The notes under the pieces are model-generated. The model had not been told where the DNA came from and did no database searches. It saw only the letters and a program-made list of their open reading frames with translations. This document shows positions 26,341 to 38,883 of a stretch of DNA of 64,000 bases, in pieces. Origin of the DNA: Botryllus schlosseri (Eukaryota); NCBI GenBank assembly GCA_051294905.1, contig CM119372.1:34908001-34972000 (forward strand), written 5' to 3'. Numbering within the stretch: the stretch's first letter is position 1; each line of letters starts with the position of its first letter. The position numbers and the translations under genes were made by a program.

Positions 26341-27024
26341 ATAATAGTTTTTTTTAAGAAGCGCGTAAATCGGGTAGGAGCCCCTTGAAATTGTGTAAAT
26401 CAGCCAGGGGGCCCTAGGCTACCGGCTACCTCGCCTCCCCTACAAGCCACCACTGGGCCTAGGGCGGGCAGCTTTGGAAAAATAAGTTGTATACCTGAAA
26501 TTGCCAGCGATATTCAGCAACAGGCTAGTAATTGAAATATCGGTAGCCAGAAATTGGAATGCATAAGTGTCAATTCTATTCATGTTAAATTCGTAATAAA
26601 TTTGGGTTGGTCTGTGCGGATGAATTTTTTTCAAAAAAAAAGTGCGTAGAGTTCTCTGACTGGTTGGAAAGCACTGCGATATAGTGAGGCATTTTCCATC
26701 CTTTATAAAAAATAGGTCCTTGTATACTAGTTCGCGGTGATGTATTTTTGATCCTTTCTTCATGACGTATATTCAGTATACTATCGTTGACAAAAAGAAG
26801 ACTGTACATCTAAAATCCGTTTCGGTTCGTAGCTTAGAGTTCCCCCAGAGAAGCATCGCGTCACCAGCATGCACAACGCTTGCGGTACGTTATAAGCTAC
26901 TGCCTGGCTACCCTTTACTGCAAGGCCATTGCTTTCCGTAACTACTTATCCTTTACAGCTTCCTAAATGTAAAATTCCCAGATCGCACAATGCTTTTTAT
27001 TTACAAAAATTTCGCAGGCTTTAA

Positions 27025-28879
27025 CACTAAAACGATCAAGTGGCTTTTTTGACGCATTTTCATTTTTGAAGAGCTGGCATTCAGTCAAATCTTACGCTGT
27101 TTGGCTGAAACGTCTTGACTTTTATTACTTTTATGTAGGCGACCTTACCTATGATTTTCATCACTCATCCAGTACAAATAAAAAAGTTATACACAGAACT
27201 ACCAAGAACTACCGAGTGGCTTTTTTGACGCATTACAGTTTTTCTACCTTCAGTCATCGCAGTTTCATATTCTTGAAAGTGGTTATGTATCTGATAAACG
27301 CAGAAAAGCCGTTTGTAACAACAGAACTTTGGTAATATCGACTCGGTCTAACTGTGTTAACAACAACATCCCTTGCAATAGAAGGCCCTGGATCTTCCTC
27401 GTTCCGAGTCACCAAAGCTCTGTAATATTATATTTCTAAAGCTCAGCGTGTTACAGGACATGACATTTGAAATGTACCATAGTAGATCAAGCCGACATCT
27501 GTATTGCCCATACTAATACAGTAGGGTTGTACAAGGGCAAAGGGCCTTTGCTCTCGTCTACAAGATGGATCTTCGGGGGAGAGTGAGCTGAATCTAGTGA
27601 ATTGAATGAATATGAGGACGGAGGGCATGGGTGCATTATGTTTAGTCAGGCTCTCTCGGAGAACAGGTTTATGGAAGTCATGAGCTTTCTATTGACATAA
27701 GGAGTAAAAAAAAAGTTGCGGACTCGATAAAGATAATATTATTTTCGTTCATTACATGGTCGAAATGCCAGCAAATAATTGGAGTAAAATGTCAGATGGT
27801 GGACGCTGCTGCTACCAAGTAAGGCCTATCAGTACAAGGGCGTCTCATATTTGAGCAAGGATAGGACAGGACACCTCTTCCATAATCTATACATTTGCCA
27901 AGCATAGTAATGTGAAAAGTCTGATGTAATCCATCTCGAAACAATGTTACATGAATATGGCTGTATACGCTTGGAGAAGCAAACGAAGTCCCAGTTGACA
28001 CTATTGTCAAAAGTTGCTTGAAGCTACCCAGGACCAGAAGGAACACAGGCAGCTTCATGAAGCCACACTTTTCAAAGCTATCATCTTATTGATAAGCGTA
28101 ACGGCGAGATGCCAGTGTAGAGATCGAAGTTGTACACATATATATTGAGTTCACTCCAACCGGAGGTAACTGTTTCCTTCAGAAACAACACAAACAAGAA
28201 ACCAGTGACGGTTAAATGTTATAACGAAACGAAACCAGGGGGATATTATTGGTCAGGTTGCATCATCATCATCATCATCATTGGTTTATTAGCAATTTTA
28301 TCAGTTCAATACACCACAAAAATGCGATACAATGAAAAGACAGGAAGATGTCGAAGCGACAAGGAGTAGTCTATGAGGGGCAGTATTCCATGGGGGTTCC
28401 AACAAGTCGACGATGGCCCCTGCATGTTTTCTTAGAATGTGAATGATCTACTACTTGCCAAAATGCCCACACTATAAAAATATGCAAATCGAGGATTAGT
28501 TGCGAAATTGCATTATGCAAATCTTATCTGATAAGCTTGATGATATGTCAGCAATAACTAACAATGATGATGTGGCTAAAGCGGATCTGGAACCTACTCT
28601 AAATTTTTAAAGAACGTGCTCAAATACCAAATGCGCACCAGAGCAACACTTATATGTTACACCAAAAAACGGCGATTTGTTTTGTAAGTGTTGACCTAAG
28701 GTGTATGTAAAATATTGCAAGTAGCTGTGAGCGCAATAAACAATGGTTTCTGATGCCGTTTATTGAGATTTGTGCTGATTTTTTGCTCCGGTAAATGCAT
28801 TTAATCAAAGAAAATTCAACATGCGTCAAAAAAGCCACAAGGTACCTCTAGGTAGGTCGAAGTTCCGGTAGTTCTAGTG
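27025..28879 (+). mobile_element. Decayed piggyBac transposon
   Basis: TTAA|CACTAAAAC ... GTTCTAGTG|TTAA; inverted subterminal GTGGCTTTTTTGACGCAT; remnants KKPVTVKCYNETKPG (cf. KP.I..YN.TKGGVD) and SRRWPLHVF. Confidence 0.85.
28261..28397 (-). mobile_element. 3' tail fragment of a non-LTR element inserted in the piggyBac
   Basis: Minus strand ends AATAAACCA followed by (ATG)n; it interrupts the transposase remnant. Confidence 0.5.
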
Positions 28880-29062
28880 TTAAAATACATTCAGAGAGCT
28901 GGACTGGTCCCAAGCAATGTTCCCTCTGAGCTGCACACGTGCGCAACTGCGCAGTGCTGTCACGGCGTCTGCGCACATAAAATCAAAAAATTCTGAAGCG
29001 ATGACTTTCTTTTTTGTATTCATTACGCACTGTTGTCCAGGGAACCACGCAATGAGTTACAG

Positions 29063-30372
29063 CACGGGTGGGCAATTATTTTCCTCCGCGGGCCAAATGA
29101 GAAGTTGAAGATACGTTGGCGGGCCGAGTGAAAAATTCCAGCTTTATTCTCAGCGTCTTTTAATTATGTTAATAAATGTTTTTCAAAATCTGTTGTTCAA
29201 AAGTTGTTGATGCTGTTAAGTAATGAGAAACTGACGATAAATAAAAAATAATCTATTTGCCGTCATGATTCGAAACAATGTTAAAAATGATACATCTTTT
29301 CAATATCTTTAAACCCCCACCCAAGTACTTTTTAAGGCTCTGAAACAGTGTTTCTCGAACTTTTTTAAGCATGCCTGATCCTTTTATGATAGTGAAAAAT
29401 TACACGCCATAATGCTAGCAATCCCAGCGGAGTTTGATGGCATGGAAGGTTATGGCTGTTGACGAGAGAATTCAGAAATATCAAACTCGGACAATACACA
29501 AAGCAACAACTATTAGCTGGGGGTAAATCACGCGGATCGCGAAATATTTTCTCAATAAACTCTGGATTCTGCGCCCCCTTCAGATGCTTTCACGCCCGCA
29601 GCTCGAGAACCACTGCACTGAAATGTATATGCGATAGTACAAAGCTTACTGTCTTGGTCGCTGCATTCCGAGCAGTTTACTGCATAAATAGCTTTGATGT
29701 TGGGCGAAGCTTGTAGTTTTTCTGAAATTCGCCCCCCTGCCCCCCTCGACCTTGGTCATAACCCCGACTTTAATTAAAATCCTAAATCTCGGCGACATGC
29801 TTGGCAAAAACTAAAATGACGGGATTACCCTGACTCCAGTATACAAATATTTAATGCTCGAAACCTTAAAATTTCAGTTTTCGGCTTTCTTTTTTAGACA
29901 TGCCCTTTCATCCATTATGGGTGATAGATATGATGAGTCATATAGTGATCGCGAACACTGGTTGACTTGTTTTACGGATTAAGAATTTGGAAACGTATCA
30001 CGTAACAACTTGAAACACATACCGTATTATGTGCAATGTTACAATGGCAACAAAGATGGTTTGAACCAAACTATATGGAAAGAGTGATATCTTGTGACTT
30101 TAATTGCTACTCACACTTTGCCACATTGCCTTTATTTTGAATCTGGATTACACATGCCAGGTACGTAGGCAGCGTTTAATCGTGGCGTATTAATGAACAG
30201 AGGCTTCAAAGTAAACGAATTTCCTGTTCAGTTGATAGAGCCTCTCAGCCTATGGTTTTAGTTATTCAAAAAGCAAGTTTTATGTTTTGAATTTCCATCA
30301 ACCTTTCGCGGGCCGCACAGAAAAGCTTCGCGGGCCGCATTTGGCCCACGGGCCGCACTTTGCCCAGGTCTG
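29063..30372. mobile_element. Buster-type hAT MITE (middle layer)
   Basis: Imperfect TIRs CACGGGTGGGCAA / TTGCCCAGGTCTG; perfect TSD AGTTACAG; GCGGGCC repeats. Confidence 0.9.
29346..29615. mobile_element. hAT MITE (inner layer)
   Basis: TIRs CAGTGTTTCTCGA / TCGAGAACCACTG; TSD CTCTGAAA/CACTGAAA. Confidence 0.85.
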
Positions 30373-30675
30373 AGTTACAGACTCTTGAAAAATTAGAGGG
30401 AACATTGGTCCCAAGGAAGTGCAAATGAAAGAAAACCGCCATGTTTCGACTTTGTTAGAGTAGGGTGGTTCTGTGATATCAACTGAAGACTAATAACAAT
30501 ATTGACGTGCGTTTGTGGTGACTGTCATTTGTAGAGACCAAACAACATATTTTTAAATCAGTCGGACAGCCCACGCTACATAACCGTGTTCAACAGTCGA
30601 AAAACGAGATTAATCGTGCCATGGATATCGAGTCCTTACCGGCCAAACCACACATGCTATATAGTTAGATTAGAA

Positions 30676-31523
30676 TAGGGTTGCCATACGTCCGGAATTT
30701 CCCAGACATGTCCGGAATTTCACCTTTAATACTGCGTCCTGGAGGAATTTCTAAAATATGCCTAAATGTCCGGAATTTTGAAGTAAGCTCATAATTTTTT
30801 CCTAAATCAACATAAACAATATTATTTTCGGGCAGATTGATGCTACATGAAATTTTTCTTCGCGCTGCGCGCGATTTAGTATCACACATATTGGTTTTAA
30901 TATGGGGACTACCACCCTCGCAAAAGCTGCGATCAAAAATAAATGAATAAAAATAACATTCAGTTACAGAAATAAGTCTAATGGTAATTGTAATCACAAG
31001 ATAACGGTATATTCATAAAGTCGGTTTAGGGCGTTTGGACATGACCTAACGATGTAGGCCTACATTGTACAATTACGCTCCTTGCATTTTCGAAGTCATC
31101 ATCTTCCACCAACTCTACCGCAAACTCTGATCAAGTGGGCGGAGAGAGGATCAAATTATATAGTAATATATGGAAGAACCAATATTATTGACTTAATTCA
31201 TTCAAATCTTTTAACGACCAGATGCATATAGAAACCAGATGCATATAGTAAGCACTCAGAAGCTGCATCGATTACCCTACTTTGGGCTCAAGATCAATGT
31301 TTATTTGGACGGAAGGGGGCTGAAAATGTGGCTTCGGCCCTGGTTACAACTTACGACACGCAACCACATACTACTGAATCGGATCGTGACCACCTCTAGT
31401 CGATAGACAAAGCATTGCTTGTGTGACGTCATATCCATCAATGTGCTCATACCTCATTTTGAAATCCACTAGTGGGCGCTAAAGAGCATCCGGAATTCGG
31501 GTTACAAAAATATGGTAACCCTA
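30676..31523. mobile_element. Blackjack-like hAT MITE (family Q)
   Basis: TIRs TAGGGTTGCCATA / TATGGTAACCCTA; perfect TSD GATTAGAA; TCCGGAATT repeats. Confidence 0.95.
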
Positions 31524-31732
31524 GATTAGAATCACATCTGGTGTCACATCTTTTCTAATTAAAAGGATGTTATTCACACGTTAACCTTCCCAGTTCCACC
31601 ATTAGATGTTCTCAAAAACATCATATGGCTGAGGTGTTTCGATAAATCCCGTCAAAATCATAATAGTCCATTTCGTATTCCTTGGTGACCATCACGATGT
31701 TGGAAATGTTTTCAATTCTTTTACATTTTCAG

Positions 31733-31776
31733 GGACTTACCGCAGGCATATAGAATGGAATGGAGAATGGAGTCAG
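31733..31776 (+). CDS. Candidate host micro-exon (44 nt)
   Basis: Acceptor ttttcag, donor CAG|gtatgt; open frame DLPQAYRMEWRMES; followed by a 52-nt GT-AG intron. Confidence 0.45.
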
Positions 31777-31828
31777 GTATGTTAGAATGTTATTTCTTTA
31801 TTATTATTCGCTCATATTTCATTTTTAG

Positions 31829-31885
31829 ATGCTACTTCAGAATGTGATGCTTCAGAAAAGGATACAAATACATACGTGGTCAAAG
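31829..31885 (+). CDS. Candidate host exon (57 nt, phase 1-1)
   Basis: Acceptor catttttag, donor AAAG|gtaata; reads DATSECDASEKDTNTYVVK; paralogous to 38812-38883. Confidence 0.6.
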
Positions 31886-32060
31886 GTAATACAGAAAATA
31901 TTAGAAATATATCGCACTACCCGCTATTATATAAATCTAAAGTAATTTTCATGAAACTAACTCGAGCTGGGAATACTCAGGGACGGTGGTGATTCTGTAA
32001 ATGTATTTATCTAAGTTTGCATATGTAAAGATATAAGCGATAATATGGCTTGGCCTAGAT

Positions 32061-33565
32061 CAGGGGTCACCAACCTGGTGCCCGCGGGCACCAGGTAGCC
32101 CACGAGGACCAGATGAGTGGCCCGAGAGCATGCTCTAAAAATAGATCGAATAGCAGCATTTGCCAATATTCGTCAGATTATCACCAGTGAGCTTATATAT
32201 TAATTGAGGGATTTAGCTATTCTTGTTTAAATCACACCATAACATGTGACTTAGAAATGACAATACATACACATATAAACACTTAAAATGATGATATCAA
32301 ATATCCTCAACTACAATTAGTAATATACCAACATGTATAGTATACGGCATGAATACGGCGTATTGCCCATACAGGCGATATGACGGCATGCCATCCACGG
32401 TCTTCTTGAAATGGTAGGGGGTTCCGTTATGGTAGCTCGACGTCCTGGACAATGCCAAAGTAGTAAACAACATTACTATCGGGTAGCAGATAGCGGTGAA
32501 GTACTAGCAGATGCAGTATGCTCATTACGTATTGCATCTTTTGACAATGCTTGTCTCCCTTACACTCAACTCAATTTATAGTAGGCCTACCATGTTTCTA
32601 ACTTTCTGTAATCGATGCTGCTGTCAGGTATAGTGAAATCTGTCATGTCTGGATGCTGAACAGTTAGAGATTGAAATTGTACTACTGCAAAATCGCCTCC
32701 ACCTCAAAGCCCACAAGGCTGCAGCAAACTTTTGGTGCCTATTTGACTGTGAAGGTTGCAAGCGCGTTTGGTTCAACTTATCGTTGTGAATCGGCCTTCG
32801 CGGACATGACCTTCATCAAAAAGAAAACGAACACGCCTCACTAATGCACAATGCACATCTGGAACATGCACTCACTCAGAGTTGCAGTGCAAAGTTACAT
32901 ACCAGAGTACAGCGCACTAGTTGACAGCATGCAAAGCCAGGCCTCTCACTGACTTGTACAGAAACAGAAAACACGATGTCCAGTCGAACGTTTCTTTGTT
33001 TTGTGGTATTTAAGGTGTTTCTCGACTACTATGATCATTTACACCAAGCCGATATTGTCCATTATTTTCCGTAACTGCACGGCCCAGGTCTAGGCTTTTT
33101 GTAAGACACCGCTTACGCGGATGAGGTGGCGAGGAGGAGGCTAGGTAGACCTCCAACACTTAGGTATCGGAATTCTGAAGTCGACCTCGGTCGGACTCGA
33201 ACCCGCACCCATTGGTGTTGCAGCCGCGGATTATACCACTGCGCTATCCCGCCACTCCAGTCGAATGTGTGACATGATTTATTTTAAAATTTCAGCTTAC
33301 AGTTGTTATATAATTTTACCAAACATGGTGCGAAGTAATTCGTGATTTCTTAAAAAGTCTTAGTGGCTAGCTAGTTGAAATGAGATGTTTTGATTTGAAA
33401 GAATCTCTTAGAAGTCCTACCGCTATGCGATTCCTGCCCAGTGCTATGAATATCAAAGCAGAAATTCCGTCTGGTACGGGTAAACGGCGGGAGTAATCGG
33501 TAGCCCGTCGCTTCAATCAGTACCCAAAAGTAGCCCTTGGCTGAAAAAAAGGTCGGTGACCCCTG
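32061..33565 (+). mobile_element. Buster-type hAT deletion derivative retaining the transposase C-terminus
   Basis: TIRs CAGGGGTCACC; perfect TSD GCCTAGAT; about 32660-32952 encodes ...SAFGSTYRCESAFADMTFIKKKRTRLTN...LRVAVQSYIPEYSALVDSMQSQASH*. Confidence 0.95.
32989..33255 (-). mobile_element. tRNA-derived SINE (family B)
   Basis: Head GTGGCGGGATAGCGCAGTGGTATAA...GGTTCGAGTCC; TSD TCCAGTCGAA (32979-32988 and 33256-33265). Confidence 0.9.
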
Positions 33566-34062
33566 GCCTAGATTGATATTACACAAACTCATATATTAAT
33601 GCACTCACTCTGCATTCAAATTTTTGTAGTTCTCGCCGTATCTGGCATCATATGTGCCACAGAGTCCAATATTAGTTGCCTTCTCTGCAATTAATTGGGC
33701 ACGATAGGAATTCTTTTCATGTTGGATAGCTGGTTCTTAATCCCTGCAATCCCAACGCATGCAAGTCAACGCATTTCGGTCACAATGAAAAGCAATATTC
33801 ACTGATGGAAATGTCAATACTGGCGTTCATCCGTTTGTGGTCGCTGCGGATTGTGGTTCGCCAAACCACATTTTTGAATCAGCCTGTCAGCTCACGATGC
33901 ATAACCGTGTGCAATATCCTACGAGCATGATCGAGCGTGCCACGTACACCGATTCATGGCCGACTCGGACACGTTATTTACATTAGAATCAAAGCTGATA
34001 TGTGAGCATATATTTTTGTCTGAATTGTCATGCGTCTGAATCAGTGGAATGGTATTCACAAG

Positions 34063-37000
34063 CAGACATGGGGTAATCGTGATTAGCAATCGTAATCGAT
34101 TACGACGATTACAGCATTTTGAAGTAATCGTAATCGCAATCGATTACATTCGACAAAATTCCGAAGTAATCGTAATCGTAATCGACTACTTCCCATATCT
34201 AATCGATTTCTCTGTGAAAGAACGATTACTTTTTATTTGTACAAGGACAATGACATAAACTGAACATTCGTGAACAAGGAAAAGATGTTATTTCAGGTTC
34301 GTGACAGCACAAACGCCTGATTTTTGAACGCCACTGCTCAATATTACGTCAGAAGCAGCCTCTAGCTTTGATCGTCATTGTGTAAGAAGTATCCACAGTA
34401 AATAGATATTCGATGTACCTATATCGTCCATTAGTCTGATTGTAAGAACACCCGCCGTGCTGTATATCAGGTTATCAACGCGTTCCACACGCCACTACCT
34501 CGCAGCAGTAAAATTTATCTCCGCTCTGCCCATAGTTTAAAATTGTAACTTATGTGTTGATGTTTGGCTATGCTTATGCTTAGTTAAACGCAGTTTGACC
34601 GTTGCTGCTTGGCGGGCAGTAGGCCTATCCAGTATACGTACGTACCAGTACACCGGACAAAGATTTGAAATTTTGTACTCGCCAAATAAAACATTGCGGT
34701 TTCCACAACGAAGCACTAAAAATCAACAGCTGGTGATACATATATATCATAAGCGAGCCGTTTTGCCATTTCTCGTAACGGCAGCTATCATTGCAATATC
34801 TGTACCGGGTATTAAGTTGAAGGCAGAATTTTATGTTCGCTTCGTCATATTCTCATATGACTCTACTTGAAACGGGCGCCTATCGTAATTTCAAAATTAT
34901 TTATTCAACATTGGGACCTGCCGCCATGGCCATGGGTTTATCTATCATGTTAGCGCGGGTTGTAGCTGGTACCAGGACCAAAACAGCAATTCATCTCCCA
35001 GTCCAAACGTTGGTCTTTGGCCCCCGTAGGGCGGTAATCTCAAGTTGAAGATTGAATTTCGTCAAGAAATTTAGTAATTGCAATATATTACTATTAATTT
35101 TTAACCCTCTCTCAGCCCGCGATGGTCAGATATACCTGTAGAGTTTATTTGTTTGAGGTAATTATGGTGTTTGTCGACTACCACAGACATTTACACCATA
35201 GGCCGATTTCATGCATTTTCGATTCCGTATCTGCCGACTTGTAGCACGGCCCACTTCTAAGCTTTTTGTAAGACACCGCTTACGTGGACGAGGCGGCGAG
35301 GAGGAGCCTAGATAAACCTCCAACACTTTGGTAGGAATTCCGAAGTCTGCGTCGTTCAGACTCGAACCCGCAACCCGTTGGTGTTGCAGCCGTGTATTAT
35401 ACCACTGCGCTATCTCGCCACACAATTACCTACCTGTAGAGCTGGTTTCCACTGGTTTCTTGTTATAATTACTTTAGTGTATATTCTTAATTCGTGATCT
35501 TCGGATTGTTATATCATCAAAAGATATTGTAGTGGCTCAAACGTAGCAGACCAAAATAAAAACTTCCGTGAGACGCATAAACAAATTGTCACGTCTTTAT
35601 ATCTGACTGCATGTCTAGCAACTCAAGTTGTAAAGTACTAGGGTCAGTGGCCACATTAACTATACAATATGACTTAAAAACATTTTTATCATGGTTAAAA
35701 AGCATTCATTCAATGCGGCCGTTGAACAATCAAGTCAAATAATTCATTGGTTTGCTGGTCAGATAGCGTTGTAAAACGTGTTGTAACACAGCCTGCACTT
35801 AATTAAGTCTGGTGATGAGCAGACTTAAATTTGAGTGCCGATCCAGACGCATTTGAGTGTGAGCATACTTTTTGACGTGAGTTGAGTAACGAAATCGTTG
35901 CTGAGTAGAGAATCGCTACTCGACACCAAAGCAATTGGTCTTCACCCTAAATTATAAACTCCAGATTCCAAGCAAAGCAAGTGAAATTTTTGAATATAAT
36001 TTTTTTTGTAATAGATTGATTTTTTAATATTTTTCTTGGATTTTCCAACGTCAAGGGGATCCGCCAGTTGGCTAGCTGAGAGCCACATGCGGCTCTCGGA
36101 CCCGCGGTTGGCAATCATTGATCTAGAGAGGATTTTCAAGTTAATTAGATCTCTCGAAAATACTCTAACTTATGTTGGTTTACGAAATACTTTTTGAGTC
36201 CCCTTCGAGCTCGCTCTCCACCCTATTGGGAAATTTGGGGTGCGGCAGTTATTGCCCTGGCAAGAATGCAAATCGTTGGGCGCGATAAATTGACCTCTAT
36301 GAAAATGGGAAATGGATACATTATGACGTAACAAACAAATGACGCATCTTTTTTAATGGGAGTTTATTATCTCATTAGGCCTTTTCAGCGCAATCCATAT
36401 ATTGTCTTCCAACATAGCTTCTAAGATGCAAAATAAATGTAATCGTGGGTAATCGTGATTACTTTTCCAATCTAATCGTTATCGTAATCGGCTATACTTC
36501 CTGATTTTGCTGTAATCGTAATCGTAATCGCGTCATTCAGAAGTAATCGTAATCGCAATCGATTACATTCATGAAGTAATCACCCCATGTCTGTGACGCG
36601 ATTACGATTACGATTACGATTACAGCAAAATCAGGAAGTAGTGATTACGATCACGATTACATTGGAAAATTAATCACGATTACTTTTATTTTGCATCTTA
36701 GAAGTTATATTGGAAGACAATATATGGATTGCGCTGAAAAGGCCTACTGAGATAACAAACTTCCTTTACAAAAGATGCGTCATTTACTTGTTACCTCTTA
36801 TGGTACCCATTGCACATTTTTATGGAGGACGATTTGTTGCACCCAACGATTTGCATTCTTGTCAGGTCCAAGACTGTCGAACCCATAATTTCCCAATAAG
36901 GTGGGGAGCGAGCTCGAAGGGGACTCAAAAGTATTTCGCAAACCAACATAAATTATAGAGTATTTTCGAGATATTTAATTAACTTGAAAATTATTTCTAG

Positions 37001-38585
37001 ATAAGCTTGATTTCGAAATGCATAGTCTCCCCTCAAGAAAAAAAGCATACATAATTAATAGTAGGGTTGCATGTAAAACAAATAGTCGTTTTAAACCGTG
37101 TTTCAAACAAAGGCTTTAAACAAAACAAAACTGTTATTTTAAGTTGTAAAATCATGCCATAATTGTGTAAATACATTCCACAAAAACATATGTATGACCC
37201 TACGGACAATAAACACCCGATTTAGCCGACGTAGATCGTTATGGAGGGTAGGGGGTGTGTGTGTGCTACTAAAGAAATATCTTGGCCGAAACTTGGGGTA
37301 TGTGTCCATTGTCAATAGCCGTGCTGGGAGGGCGTGACTAATAGTCCGGTCCTTCCAATCTGAGCTCACAATGTGAATGGCACGAGGGCACCCACAGAGC
37401 ATTAAAGACCTGACAACTTGTGTGTGCTTCTTACGAAAGTATTTCTTTTAGTCTGCTACGTTTGGGATACGACAATATCTTTTGATTATATAACAGGCCG
37501 GAGGTCACGAATTAACAATATACACTAAAGTTATTATAACAGGATACCAGACGTTATAATTATGAATTACGTGCTCCCAGATTTACAGGTAAATCTAACT
37601 GTCGGAGGCAGAGAGAGTATGAAAAATGAATATCAATAATAATATAACGCCATTACCAATATTATTGACGAAATTCAGTCTTCAACAGCTTGAAAATATT
37701 ACCCTATAGGGGCCAAAGACCAACGTTTGGACTGGGAGATGAATTGCCGTTTTGGTCCTGATTCTAGCTACAACCCACGCTAACATGATATATAAGCCCA
37801 TGTCTATGGCGGCAGGTCTTAATGTTGAGTAATGAATTGTGAAATAACGAGTAGAGTCATATGAGAATATTAAGATGAAAAGAACATAAAATTCAGATAC
37901 AGATACAGATAATGCACTGCAAGCTGCCGTTACGAAAACGGTTCGGTTATGCTATATATCTGCAGCTGTTGATTTTTAATGCTTCGTTGTGGAAACCGTA
38001 ATGTTTTATTTGACGAGTACCAAATTTCAAATCTTTGTCCGGTAGGCCTATATACGTACGTACTACATAGACCTACTGCTCGCCAAGCAGCAGCGGCCAA
38101 ACTGCGTTTAACTAATCATAACCAAACATCGATACACAAGTTACCATTTTAAACTAGGCAGAGTGGTGATTGATTATCCTGCTGCGATGTACTGGCGTGT
38201 GGAACGTGTTGATAACATGATATCCAGCACGGCGGGTGCACGTAATATCTATTTACTCGGGATACTTCTTACCCAATGACTAGCAAAGCTAATAGGCTAC
38301 TTCTGAAGTAATAATGAGCAATGGCATTTGAAAATCAGACGTTTGTGCTATCAAGAACCTGGTATGATATCTCTTCCTTGTTCACGAATGTTAAGTTTAT
38401 GTCATAGTCCCTGTACAAATAAAAAGTAATCGTTTTTCACGAAGAAATCGATTAGATATGGGAAGTAGTCGATTACGATTACTTCGGAATTTTGTCGAAT
38501 GTAATCGATTGCGATTACAATTACTTATAAATGCTGTAATCGTCGTAATCGATTACGATTACTAATCGCGATTACCCCATGTCTG
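34063..38585. mobile_element. Palindromic dimer of an Ac-type hAT non-autonomous element
   Basis: Complete copy 34063-36593 plus inverted copy 36594-38585 lacking its last ~60 bp; outer TIRs CAGACATGGGGTAATCG; perfect TSD TTCACAAG; GTAATC subterminal repeats. Confidence 0.95.
35144..35421 (-). mobile_element. tRNA-derived SINE (family B), second copy
   Basis: Homologous to 32989-33255; TSD TACCTGTAGAG (35133-35143 and 35431-35441); 9 extra nt at the 5' junction. Confidence 0.9.
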
Positions 38586-38811
38586 TTCACAAGACAACCT
38601 TCCCCGAGTCATAACATTACACCTTCCCAAAAACAAGTAAATACCATGTGGCTGATGCACTTTGCCAAATCAAATTCAAAATTATTATAGTCGATGTCGA
38701 ATTGCTTCATTACAATCATAGCGATGCAAGAAATTCTTGTCATTCTTTTATATTGAACTCACCCTACATGTAACTTTTCTTTATTTTCCGCTGCACCTTT
38801 TTCATTTTTAG

Positions 38812-38883
38812 AAGCTACTAAACAGCAGGCATCTTCGGATTTTGTTCCGTTAAAGAAGGATCAGAAAACAAACGAGGACAAAG
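38812..38883 (+). CDS. Candidate host exon (72 nt, phase 1-1)
   Basis: Acceptor ttcatttttag, donor AAAG|gtaata; reads EATKQQASSDFVPLKKDQKTNEDK. Confidence 0.6.

Larger units (their letters stand above)
28915..30407. mobile_element. hAT MITE (outer layer of a 3-level nest)
   Basis: TIRs CAATGTTCCCTCT; perfect TSD GTCCCAAG. Confidence 0.95.

Noticed and set aside
33180..33255. tRNA genes here and at 7470-7548 and 35345-35421
   Set aside because: Pol III boxes are present but there is no full cloverleaf, and each is attached to a repeated body, so they are SINE heads.
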